A stretch of 64,000 bases of DNA from Raillietiella orientalis (GCA_036172245.1 JAYWIR010000024.1:930001-994000); one strand, 5' to 3'; shown: positions 50,064-62,225, numbered from the stretch's first letter. Translations and numbers: made by a program. Notes: generated by a model from the sequence alone, not told the origin.

Positions 50064-51057
50064 TTGTTTGTTTTGCTTGCATTCTGAAACTGAGCAGACC
50101 TTTTTACAAGAGCATTCTGGTCTGAAATCCGAGCCCAGCTGTCCGGTGCCCTCCCGCACTTTCTGACTGCACGCTGGTGACTCACTTTGCTCGACCGTGT
50201 GTGCACCAAACCCGACACGCGCCGGACAAAATCCTTCTGACTGCCTTCCGACCGGAATGGCCACGTTTCCATTCGTGCGGCTGAGCTTCCGGACAACTCG
50301 ACGCATCCACGTGGCCTGCCTGCCACCCAAGCACACGCGCTGCACGTTCCCGTAGGGGACAACTCGAGGCAGCCCGAACGTAACGAGGCGATTGTGGCGC
50401 AGTTGGACTGCCGTAAAAAAGGAAAAAAGAAGGGAAAAAAAGGAAAAATGGCATGGCAAGACGAGATCAGCGCTCCCGAAGGGCAGGAAGAAGGAACGCT
50501 CCTTGGGCTCCTAGCAGTCGCAGTTTTCTTCGGATGAGGCTCGGGGATCGTAGCTGGGTATTGCGACGTTCCCGCACTCTGCAAGAATTCCAGATGTTCT
50601 GCGCTAATTGAGCTTCTGGGAATGCGCCGCTTGGGATCCTAAAGATAGATGCTCCCATTCCAGATAACTGGGACTGCTCACGTAAAGCACAAAGCACCTC
50701 CAAAAATATATCTAGAATGCATAGGGAAGTAGAATTTTTCTGCCAGCTGAGCTCACAAACCGAAGACCCTCAGTAGTTCGTTGAGGAAGTTTCTCATCAT
50801 TAATTGAGGGTGTTTAGGTCACTAGAAATGAAATTCATCCGGCCAACAGTGCATAAATTGGTGCCAGCCAGCAGCAGTGTGCGAAAGATGTGATGATGCA
50901 GTATTGTTTTTACGTATCTTTGGCGCCCATCCAATGAGCGAGAGACGATGTCCTGATCTTCCCTCCATCCAGCCGAATCATGCCAGAGATGCAAAAGTGA
51001 TTCAGACTCGAAAACGAGAAAATATGAAGCTGGAAAAGGGAAGGGAAGGAAGGAAAT

Positions 51058-52960
51058 TTTATTGAGCATTTGGGTTATTGCAATAACTCTGGAGAATGAT
51101 GTTTCCTCCGTGTTCTTCATCGTTCCTCGGTGTTCTCTTCCGGGGTGAGAGCATTGTCCAGGTCATCTGGTTGGGCTGCATTTTTTCTTCTTACATGTGT
51201 TGCATAGATGCTACTTGGGAGATGGGTGCAGGTGGCTACGATTCGCTTTTTCGGAATTCCTAGGTATTGTAGAACGTTGTCGTTTTCAGGATCCCATGCT
51301 ACAGGCGAGCCGATAAGGATCGCCTGCACTTTGGTTATTTTCCCAGTGTTTCCGAGTTGCACGGCGACATTCTGGTATCTGGCCTCCTTTTTTTTCCTAG
51401 ACGTGGCGAACGCCTCCTTTCCGTTTTCAAATGGGCAGGAGATGTCCAGCACACCTATTCGATCGCTTTTCTCTAAACTCTAAAACCAGGTCTGGTTTTA
51501 GGGTGGAGGTGGTTCCTGGCACTCTGCGATTACTCGATACCAGAGTCCACTTGACTTCATCCGTTGCGGCCTTCTTGATAATTTCCAGGATAGCATCATG
51601 GCGCTGCATCGTCAGAGGCGTGTGCTTTTTACATCTGTTGAGCATGTGTGATAGTGTCTCGTCCTCTGTTCCGCAACGCCGGCATATCCTTTCGTGTTGG
51701 TCCAGCATTTAGTGGAAGAAGGTTCAGTCTTGCTGCATGGATGAACCTGTAGTCTTGGTATCTTAGGTGGATTCCGTTTGTATGGAAGAAGCTTGAAGAG
51801 TGATGCATGCCCACACACTGCATGGCCTTCCCTTGACTAACGTGGTTTTCATGGAGGGATTGCCATGCTTGTTCTCGCTGCAATGCTCTTACGGCGGAGG
51901 CGAGCCGTCTTCTAGCACTGCTGGTGAAGAGTATTCCGTCCACCGTGATACTGGGTTCTTGCTGCCGAAACTCCCAACGAGCTTTTATTCGTCTCGAGAC
52001 CTTCCTTCCTTTCGACCAGAGGCTCTCAATATCCCATCCGGGCTTTTTCTTGCCCGTCATGAATTACCCGAGATTTTCATCTGTCAGGGCTTCTTGGATC
52101 CGTGTTTGGACGATTTCATCCAGGGTTGTTTTTGCAAGTTTACTTACTGCTTTGTCTGCCGAAGTAAGCAGTTTGAAGCAGCTGTCCACGATGAAGGTAT
52201 CGGATTCTTGAGCAAGCAGCTTCATTAGTCTTAGGCAGCCTTTCGTTCTCTCTCCGTACAGATGCTCGTTTTCTGCCAAGGATGGTAGGTGAAGGGCCTT
52301 CTTTAACTTCTTCCTTACTTGTTCGTCGACATACTGCCATTCCTCCTTCCGGTGAGTTCCCAGCCTCTCGTAGTGAACTAGGCTGGGATAGAAGAAGGTT
52401 TTCATTGCGTCCATTTTCTGCCATCCTGAGAGCGCGCTCTCAGGTACGGCACTCGCTTTCTGGCAGATGTCTTCCTTAGTCAGTTGTATGTTGAAGACCC
52501 TCATACCGAAGGAAGGGTCTTCCCAAGTGTGATATCCCAATATCCCTTGTATTGCCTGTGATAAGGCAATACAAGGGATTTTCCCTTCCTTAGTCCGGAT
52601 GTCCATATCCCTTATGCCTTTGGGGGTTCGGCCGCTGTAGTATATCGAGGCGCATTTCTCCGGGTTGATGGATAGGCCGGCTTGGTCGACTAATTTCTGG
52701 AAATGCGCCATCATTTCCTGGACTTTCTTTTCTTCCTTCCCCAGTATAACATGTCGTCGGCATAGGCTAATGTTGCCTCGTCCCCGTAGATTTGCCTCAT
52801 CGAGCGCAGAATCGGCTCAATTGATATAATAAAAAGGACTGAGCTTAAGGGACATCCCTGCTTCACTCCTCGTCGCACGGAGAAGGTCCTAGTTTCTGCG
52901 TTTTCCAGTTGAACGAAAGTGGAACTACCTGTGTATATCTCGCGAACGATGTCCCACCCA
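51058..52960 (-). mobile_element. 5'-truncated, frameshifted non-LTR retrotransposon with RT + restriction-like endonuclease (R2 superfamily, NeSL/Utopia-like)
   Basis: Five broken ORFs carry the RT motifs RGVKQGCPLS, LAYADD and GLSINPEKC; the post-RT motifs WQKMDAMKTF, QGKAMQCV and YRFIHAARLNLLPL; the zinc knuckle CRRCGTEDETLSHMLNRC and RHDAIL; and the RLE motifs LKPDLVL, LDISCPFENG and WDPEND. Stop at 51117, AATAAA at 51063-51058. Confidence 0.92.
52542..52579. repeat. Perfect 16-bp inverted repeat, 6-nt loop, inside the RT coding region
   Basis: ATCCCTTGTATTGCCT-gtgata-AGGCAATACAAGGGAT. Confidence 0.95.
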
Positions 52961-52994
52961 CGCCCTGGTTGTCTCCGGAGGGAATCTTCGTGGC

Positions 52995-53226
52995 CAACTC
53001 GGTTTGGTGACTTTCGAAGCAGCCCAGTTGCATTCTTCTTTTGCAGCAACTTTCGTCTCTTCCCTCCAGTCACTGCCAGAAGGGATCACAGTGACCAATC
53101 GTGTTTCGCGCTTTCTTCTAGAAAGAACTGGCTATAAGTCGAGTGCCTTGCCGGGCTTCCTGTGTCCGTTATTCCCTTCCCTTCCTTGCCCCTGCACATC
53201 GTTCAAGAACGATAGAATTTGAATTC
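52995..53226. repeat. Unclassified dispersed repeat, copy 1 (copy 2 at 55703-55940)
   Basis: Colinear, clearly alignable ~235-bp blocks, e.g. cagttgcattcttcttttgca, gtgaccaatcgtgt and gccgggcttcc.gtgtccgtta. Confidence 0.85.
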
Positions 53227-54504
53227 CAAGACCCTGCAAACCCACTCTAATACGCTTCATCCCCTTCAGAAAGTCTCTCACTACTTCAGCTTGTGCCGAG
53301 GAGAGCTGGGATCCACGTTTGCTAACGACGTAGGTTCGATGTCTCGGAGTCAAAGCCGACAAGACAAGATCCTATGGACCGGATCTTATCCGAGCAAGGG
53401 AAGCAGGGAAAAAGCTCGGAGAGTCACCTAGATGCGATTCCTTCGAATCTCCTTCGGACAAGGACTCTCCGTATCCTGATGAAATTTTCGCTGAAGAACC
53501 GGCACCAAAGAACTAGTTCAGTCTGAACACGCGGGGTTCCTTTTTTGCATTCCAGCCTGTGTTTGTGTCTCCTGCCTTTGGATTCGGATCTGACTCAGTT
53601 CCTGTTCTGGAAAGAAGGGAGGAGTCTGAGTGGCTCCATGTGCGAGAAGAAACCATCTGCGGAGCAAGGGAAGGTAAAGGATCCAAGTGTCCAGGAACAC
53701 AAGGGGCGTGGCGGAAGATTGCTACTCTCAAATCGCTTTTCCGTCACTGTTGATCGGCGCTGTCCCGTAGAATGGTAATGCGATGATTGTGGATGCAGGT
53801 GGGCAGCTCCCAGACGAGCACGGTAGTGCGGAAGAGCTGGCGTCTGCTCTGCATTACGGAAATCGAACCTGACACAGGAGTTGTCCGGGATGATCTGATC
53901 TCATCCTGCTTTACCGCGAGGGCCAAAGCTAAAGTACTGGTCCCGAGAGCCAGAGAGTAGACTCTTCGCAGCTTGTGGAGCATCGAAAATCGAATCATAT
54001 CGCTTCTCCTTTCTCCCCGCAGGACCGGAACTTCGTGAGGAAAGTGTAGATGCTCCTAGGAAGACGGCAACAGGAATAACCACCGAACTGTTCGAAGGAG
54101 ATGGAAACGTCCCGATGCACAACCTTCATCCCGTACGTAGCTTGCCTTCTTCATCATAACAGTGCTGATAAGGGCATCAGAAGTGGCAAAGAACGTAGCA
54201 GAGGGATTAGAAAGAAGGAAAACATCCATCCAGAAGTGTGAAGAAGTTCTTGTAGGAATGTACTGGTGCCTGACCCTCAAAATCAGGAACTGCAACCGAA
54301 GAGGGAGCTAGAATTGCTATAGAGATAGCAAAGAACAGTACATACACTTAAAAAGAGGCATGCGACCGCGTTCTGTTGTTGGCATTGACAGTCACTTGTA
54401 ATTTGTTGTAAGGGTTCTTTTTGGTGAATCAACCAGCCCTGACTTATGCGTACGAGGAAAACGTATATACAAATGCTATGATATTCTGAGAGAAGAATAC
54501 GGAA

Positions 54505-55173
54505 GTAGTCACATGGTTCGTGTTGGCGGCCGTGTGGCTGCGGCTTTCGCGCCCGCACCGAGCATTGAGGGTTCGAATCCCCACGTGGAGGATTGACATC
54601 GAGAACTTAAGGTGCGTTGTGGGTTCCGATCCCACTTCTCAAGATGACTCTGGTTGGCCTGTAGGTTCAGGCGCAGCACTAGTCGGCTTTGACTGTCTGA
54701 TGTCCCCGCTGACTGGCCGGGATAGGAAGCTGACCCTCCGGGGTCCTTCCAGGAGTCAAGGAAAACGGTCCTTGTGTAAACGAAGCCTTTCCCTTCCCTC
54801 TCGGGGGGAGTCCTCCATCGAGTACCATGGAGCCCTCTCGGAGGGTTGTCTCTCCAGGGTGTTAAGAAGAGCGCTGCTCCCTTCGGAGAGAGCCCTTCAG
54901 AGAAACTCGCAAGCATCTCTTTGGAGTTCTCTTCAGAGAAGGAAACAAGGAGCAAATCTTGGAGAAGAAATCAGGAGTGACTCTTTCCGGGGGGGCTGTT
55001 CCGGAGAGAATAAGGAAGAGGTCCCCTTTGGAGGCAACCCGGGAGAGAATCCTTCGGAATTCCACACCAAGCATAAGAGGAACGGATTCCTTCCTCCGGA
55101 GCCTTCCTGGGTTAATTAGGGTGGTCCTACAGGGCTGCTTCCTAACTCAGTTACACGCACCTTCGGGTGGCGT
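54505..55173 (+). mobile_element. SINE-like family copy e (3' tip missing)
   Basis: Degenerate head hairpin, B-box GGTTCGAATCC at 54570-54580, core CCAGGAGTCAAGGAAAACGGTCCTTGT and central subrepeats. Confidence 0.85.
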
Positions 55174-55702
55174 TGAAAACAATCGGTACTTCCGGCATCA
55201 AGGAGGGAAGAGCGGTGGTTCGTTTAGGTCGGGAGAGATGAATAATTCGTCTTCTCGCCCAGCCCAATCAGGATGTCGGGATGTTTCCTCCGCTTCCAAA
55301 TCCCTCCACAAGACTCGCTTCGCCATGGCAATCGCCCTCCGCCTGAGACGTTCCTGCACTGCTCACAAGTCAGTCCGAGCGAACGTCCCATGTCGAGAGC
55401 GTCACGCACGGGCACCAACCCTCAACTTCCTTTGTACAAACGGAGCACTTCAACGAGACTATGGGTCACGTGCTCGTTTTTGACGACCCTCATCAGGCCA
55501 CTGAGGAATATTCAGGGTTCCAAGAGGTCATCCGAGAAGGTGCCTTTGAATCCGAAGACACTCGCGGGTGACCGCGACAGATGGGTGCTGGATATGAAAA
55601 TTCAACCCTGGTGCCGACCGAACGGAAACCCTGAATGAATTTCCTTTTTTTTTTTTTTTTTTTCTTTTCTTTTTTTTCTTATGCGTCAAACTCTCCGTTC
55701 GG

Positions 55703-55940
55703 TGAACTCGGTTCGGTGACATTTGAAGCAGCTCAGTTGCATTCTTCTTTTGCAACAGCCCTCGTCTCTTCCTTCCAGTCAAGTCACCGCCAAAAAAGAT
55801 CTCGGTGACCAATCGTGTGTCTCGCTTCTTCTAGAGAGAATTAGCGATGAGCCGAGTGCCCTGCCGGGCTTCCAGTGTCCGTTACCCCCTTCTCTTCCTT
55901 GCGCCTGCACTCTGTTCGAGAACGATCGAACCGAATTTGT
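55703..55940. repeat. Unclassified dispersed repeat, copy 2
   Basis: Direct-orientation paralog of 52995-53226. Confidence 0.85.
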
Positions 55941-57599
55941 TCTGAGAGGCCATTCCTTCCGCTCCTAAATCATTCTTCACGTGCCCTACTCAAACGGAGG
56001 TTCGCTCCGATGCCATAACTCTCAGCACTCAATGCGATGAGAAAGAGCAAAAAGGTCGTGTTGCTCCGCTTTGCTCCTCTTGTGATTCACACAGAGAGAG
56101 CAAACACTTCATTCACTGTGAGTCTTCTCCCGCCCTCTGTGAGTAAGGGTATGACCTTTGTGCGCTGCTCTCAAGGTGCCCCACAAGATGCTCTTCTGCG
56201 CGTTCCTTGGGAAACTTCAGAATCCTTGAACTGGCCATCAAAATCAAGCGACTTTTTTGCGAAAAGACGACACCTTTCTGGTCGCTCTGGAGCCAGACCC
56301 GGCCGCTTGAGTTTCGCCGGCGTCCAGCTGGTCGCGTTTCCAGGAACAAACCCGGTGCGGCAACTCATTTGAACTCTGACCCCTGAGATGCTTTCACGTG
56401 AAGGGCATGGCGGCGGCAACTATTCCGCTATATCTTTGAGGGTTTTCCTTTTCGGAGATGAAACTACTTGATTGGCTGCTTCGCTGTTAGGAAGGTCCAG
56501 CCACAGTTGCTACATCAACTACTCTTATTTACCTGTTTGTTCCACATTTACGAGTACCTCCTGGTCAGCGAAGCCACAGACCCGAGTTCCCAAGGGAGTT
56601 CCACACAAGCTCTTCATCGCAACCGAAACGCGTTACTCTGAGTTCATCTCAGTTGACGAATCAAGCCCGGACGTCCTTTGGTTGTTGATGCTCTCAAAGA
56701 ACACCTCAGAGAACTCCCTGATTCCGAAACAAAGCGGGTCGGACCTTGTCCCGTTGCTTTCCACAGTAGTCGAACTCACATACTTCTTGGGCAGCTTCCG
56801 ATAGGGTCCTGATTGCAGGTGGGTTCTTTCTCATGGAGATCAACTGCTGCTAGGGAGCAGTGCACCATTCAGAAACTGGAAGAAATGAATCAATAAATCG
56901 ATCGGATCGGGGAAAAGTGGTTGAATATCCGGGTTGCACCTTAAAAGAAGAATGGAAGCGGAGCCTGTCGTGCAACCAGCACAGATGGAGCATGAGCTGG
57001 TCGCATGTTCCGGGATGACAGCCCAGTGACCACGGCTGCTAGAACACCTACACAAGCCGGTGCATCAGCATCAGCATGGGGAAGCATAGCGAGCGGGTGG
57101 CCTTCTATTCCGGAAGAGAACATGAAGCTAAAAACGGATCTGTTGCTTTACACGGAAGTACAAGCAGTGTATACCTACGAGCTCTCGTCAGCGGCACGAG
57201 GAGAAGCACGGCGAAAACAGATAAAGCAGATGTTGGCTTTTCACCTCACCTGCAAAGGTAGGATGGTCAGCCACCCGTTACAGTGGTGAGGGGGGGATCT
57301 CTGGGACCACCTTGGGATTTCAGGAAGTAATGAAGCACTGAAGGAATCCAAGGCTTCGAAGGAACAAACGGAGTACATCAGAAAGGAAATGGTGTGCTCG
57401 TCCGGACATTCGATACCCCCGGGACACGCATTGGAGGGATCGGGTGGGTCACCACCCGTAATGTGAGTGCCTTTAGGAAACACCTCTCGTCATGAACATG
57501 AGCTGAAGAGAGCAAGCAGGCTGAGAAGATGATTGAAATTACCCTCTTCGTTTGTTTGCACCCCCCTCTATTCAAGGTCGATGCGATCAACAAGCGTGG

Positions 57600-58560
57600 A
57601 GAGGCATTCCTGCCAATGGCTAGATTGTAGAGAATTCCCCCGAGGGTTCATATAATGATGACAACATTGTGAATCAGTTGCTTGCCTATCCATCGTTGTT
57701 AAGAAGAGATCTATCTTACACTATTAGGAAGAATTCGATTCCTGATTCCCTGAAATTTAGAGTTTCTTGTACTGCTGCTGCAGCCACAGGAGTCTCCTCA
57801 AGGCACCCTCAGCGCCAAGCTGAGTCGCTCTCCACAGATTCGCCTGTTCCATGTATGATATCTCCCTTGGAAACGTCTGTCACTTTGTGCTGGACCCTTC
57901 CGTGGCAGCTCGACTCACGGAGAACGCAAGAGGAGCTCAGTCGCCATTCTCAAGACAGAAAGACCTGGGAAAGTTCCTTGACACATCTGGAAGATTCGGT
58001 CAGCAAAGTCACGACAGGCAGAGTGTCTGGACGATGGGTCATCAAGCATCTAGTCACGTGCAGGTGCACTGAACTCTCCAACAAGAGAGGAAGTCAAAAT
58101 CGTTCCCATTCGATAATACACAAATCTGCCTACCGCTCACGCACGCGACGGCACAGGGAAGGACACCGTTCCTTTACTGAGGAGCAGCCAAACCAGGGGA
58201 AAGCTACGTTCGGCACTGGGCAGCGCCGTGCGTCCAGCCATCTTTTGTTTGCAGAGGTCCATGCAGGAGTCTCCGAGTTCCATTTCATGCGCGCTGCCTG
58301 CCTGCCTACCGCCCACATGACTAGGAGTTCCTCTTGAAGAGTGAGGATCGCAGTTCCAGAAGATGCGTGGGGGGACGGAAAGTCACTCCTACGCACTCTC
58401 GATCAGCACGTGAAAAATCCCGGTCTCATCGTTAAAAGGAGCTGCGGTCCGGTATACCAAATCAAAGATCGGACGAGCATGCAGGCGGAAGGAGTGGGAA
58501 ACCGGTGGCCTCCAGCCAGAACCGGAGGTTGAGCCGAAAATCCTGCCGGAGCTCCCATGA
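57600..58560 (+). mobile_element. Older decayed RLE-type (NeSL/Utopia-like) LINE
   Basis: 'QLLAYP' (LAYADD position), 'LPWQLD' (cf. LxPWQRxD) and 'QPNQGKATFG...ASSHLL...EFHFMRAACL' parallel 'VSQGKAMQCV...SSSFF...DYRFIHAARL' of the 51-53 kb element. Confidence 0.55.
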
Positions 58561-59799
58561 TCTAGAACAAGAGTCGAGTCTCCATCACGCTTGATGCTTA
58601 CTTTTTTGGCGGAACGCTCTTCTAGAGCACCAGGAGAAGCAGGGCAGAGAAAGGTGCTTGCCGTCTCTCCTCTGCTCGACAGATGGAGCGTCGGCTTTAG
58701 ATGCGAGAGCATTAGTGGATAGGATGCCTGGGAAAAGAAACACAGTCCAGTACTCGGATAACATGAGACACTGTGCACACAATCAGGGAACTGAAGGAGG
58801 AGAGCACACGACGGTATGCTGCGACATCCACCGCAGTCCGGGCACGTTCTGGACACACCTCCTGAGCCGGGATGAACAGCCCACCAACGATCGGAAATTC
58901 GATGTTTTCTTTTCCTTCTGGACCAGATGGACAGCGTGGAGGAGACTACGGAAAAAATGACTTCTGCTTCATGAGTCGGATCTCGGAACGGAATCGTCCA
59001 TTGCTTCTCTCTCCTCATTTCCTTTCCTCCGTGGGCATCTGCGACAGCACCACAGACGACTCGGGAGCCGCTCGGTCCTCTGGCGTCCCCCACGACGATT
59101 CGAGCGGCCGACGACGACGCCAGTGGATTAGTCCGTTCCCGACTAGCCTGTGATCCCTCTCTACTCTTTTGCTTGGGGGATCCTTCCCACCGTTCCAGCG
59201 ACTTTTGGCAGTCGGGACCTCCGCGACTTTATTTTTGGAGTTCCACTTAGCTCTAGTGAGAGGAGGAAAAGTGAAGGAGGAGGAGGAATCAAAGCTCTCA
59301 CTCCACCTCGAAAAAACATGGATCAACCCACTTTTGCAGGGGCCAGGAGAAGAGGAAAAAAGTGGAGGAAGGAGGTGGCTGAGTTGCATTCCGACTGCTG
59401 CAGGCGAGGAACTCGGTTTCGTGAAATGGGAAAGGGAAAAACCCCGTTTTTTTTTTTTTCCTCCTCTCTCTCGAGCTCTGTGCAGACCTCGAAAAGAACC
59501 GAGCGATGCCTCCCCGACGTTGGCATGGATGCACAGCGCGATACTTCCCGGACCCCTTCTCAGCCCGAAGAGCTAGGACGGGCGGCTCGCTTGCTTCCCT
59601 GGAAAATGAGAGAGATCCGACACTGCTGGTCCGGCAGAGCCGACCGGACCTCGTGGAAGTTGCGGCAGCTGCACGGACAACGTGCGAGGAAAATTGGAAA
59701 CTGGGCGCGGTGGCTGCAGATCTTCTAAAAAAAAGATCAGAAGACCAACTTGCTTTCGATCACTTTCTTTCTTCCTCCCCTGCTGCGCGGGATGCTCCC

Positions 59800-61200
59800 A
59801 TTTCTCGGTGCTCCCCTCCTCCTGTTTCCATAGCTACGCGTTTCTAGACGATCGTTAAAAGCAACACGATACATCCGGGAATCCACCGAGCATCCCCATT
59901 TAATAGGAAGGGGCGACATGACGGAGGAAGATGGGTGAGTTTTCCTGGAGATGCACAGGACCCTTCTGTGAACTGGGAAAGCTCACAGACGGTGATCCCT
60001 AGGACGATGAGTCGAGGAGTCACAAACCCTGTAGCTGATCCCTCAGACTACTTTCCCCCGTACACACGGAGGTCTGCGGCGTGCAAGGACCTACGGTGGA
60101 TCTCGGGATCAGAAGAAGGCGCGCTGCTGCCGGAAACCCACAGGGGACGAGGCCAACGTCTTACATGGGGGATTGGCGAAAGTTTCCTCGGAATCCTCTC
60201 CAGTCAGGGTGCTCCCTTTTCAGAAAAAACCTCCGCAGAACATCTCCAGTACTTCTTCCTGGATTGGCTGCGGAGGAAGAGCAGATCCTTTGCTTTCTCC
60301 TTGGGGCATCTTTGGTCAGGGGTGCCTTTCCCTTGGGGCACCTCTCCTCCACAATGTGTGACCCCCTTATCGCCATTCCATCTGCTCGTCTTCCTTTGCC
60401 GGTGAGTCACCTCTCTCCACCGGGAGTATAGAGAACGAGGGCAAGGCGGGGAGCAGCGTGTCCTCATGCTCCTCCCTTTCCCCGCGGATGACAGTTCAGC
60501 GGGTGAGCCACCGAGTTACACTAGGCGTGACTGGAGCAGGTGACCAACCTGTTAGCAATTCCCCTTCTTCTCCCCCTCCCCCTTCCATCCTCTGCTTTCC
60601 TCCCTTTCGCTGCAATGGCGGCAGACCTGTGGCGCCATAGCAACGAGAACCCCGCATGCGCGATGAGTTGCGTGACGATGACGCCCTTTCCTTCGCCGCT
60701 CTGAGGAATAGTCCTCCTCTCCCTTCCTGCTCCCTCCTTCCAGGTGGGCTCCCAGTTGTTGGAGCCTCCCTCTTCCAGAGAACGCTCGCTCTCCACTCGC
60801 GGACGAACGTCTCCGGACACCTTCCTCCTCCGGGAGACGAACCCGGTGCGACTAGGTCCAGCTGGAGTCCCAGTAGAATAGAGACGTTTGGGAAAAGCTC
60901 AAGGCCAACGCGTTTGGCCCCTCGGTGGTGGTCCGAGAAGTCCAGCCGGATCCTCCAGCGAAGAAGCACCATCGCCGTCTGCAACATGCTCTCCCCCCTG
61001 CCGAAGATCCGCTCCCTCTTCCGTCTCACCACCACCCTCTCTGCATCCGCCTCATTCCTGATACCTTCCCGGAGGATACGCTCGCTTTTGGATCGACGCT
61101 CCCGGAATGCAAGCGAAGAAGGAGACGGAGAGAAACAAAAGCGCATGCGCTCCCGCAGCGATCTTGACTCTGGTCGAGGGATCACGGTGACACGGAAGCG
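59800..61200 (-). mobile_element. Decayed L1/Tx1-like ORF2 (APE end to RT start)
   Basis: 'RERIF...LDFSDHH...FPNVSILL' (cf. RLDRI...SDH...WKLNxxLL), then 'KGKAPLTKD' (cf. GKAPGxDG) and 'KKYW' (cf. FYKxFW). Confidence 0.4.
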
Positions 61201-62210
61201 CCTCTGAGATGGGCGGAAGGGCGCATGACCCGATCTGCTGGCGAGCGACCGTCGCCACAGAAGCTGCAGAGCCGAAGGAGGACGGCGGATCGCTCTCCGT
61301 TCTGCCTTAGCATGCCACGCGTGGGGAGTTCCGAGTGGGGAAACGAAGGGGGATTTGCGTGCGTGTGTGCACGATGAGCGCAAACTCGCACGCGCACACA
61401 CAGGTACCGTGCCGCGGCTCACATGAACACAGTGATTCAGCACGTGTGTGTGGCACATGAATACGTGCCCTCCCGTGCTGCATAGCGTGCGCGCCGCCGC
61501 AGGCACTCTATGATTCGCGTTTGCCGCGTGCAGTGGATGTCTTTGAGGTGGGTGAATCGATCCCGGCTTAACCGGGGGTCTTCCGGAAGAGACGGGGAAA
61601 GAGGGAGGGAAATTTTCCTTTGGAAACGGAGGAGCTCTCCCAAAGCAAGCGGGGGCGAGAAACAACGGCCTCCTAGGCGCAGCCCGGCGGTCGCATGGCA
61701 ACCAAAGTAGGAAACAAATATGTCCGTCGTCATTTGAAGCGAAGCCAGCGAGCTAGAGGTTGATCGCTCTCCTATCGTGCACTCCGAGAGCGTCTTTTCT
61801 GTTTTATGATCCTCCAATTTTTTTTCCTTCTTTTAAAGTCTTGAAAAAAAAAAAAAATTTTACTCTGCTGGATGCAGCTGCCCGCGCGACCTCGAACGCG
61901 AGCTTTTTCTCAACACACTTTTAGCGCCAACCGTTTCTTGAGCGATCTTCGAACAGCGCGACACGGAGAAAGAAAGCTGAATGGAGAAAGCAAAGCTACG
62001 ACTGACGTGGCCTGGATTCGGGCTCAAAACCCCCACAAACTCGCTCTTAGCTGGAAGGCCTGAGGAGAGGATCTCTAGTTCGGGGGAACTTCTGAACACC
62101 AGCCAGCTTGCCGCTGCTCCCCTGCGGAGAGTCATCCATTCCGAACCAGAGTGACACAAAGGAGAGATGTGGTAGCTGCCTCTGCTGCTGCTCATCGCTG
62201 GAAATACAAG

Positions 62211-62225
62211 ATGGATAAGATGCTC
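62211..62225 (+). CDS. Coding micro-exon (MDKML) of a small secreted acidic Ser/Thr-rich protein
   Basis: ACAAGATGG start context; strong phase-0 donor CTC|GTAAGT; 159-nt pyrimidine-rich intron. Confidence 0.7.

Noticed and set aside
60496..61701. 401-aa minus-strand ORF as a host gene
   Set aside because: No ATG or splice support; only a part resembles a decayed LINE endonuclease end.
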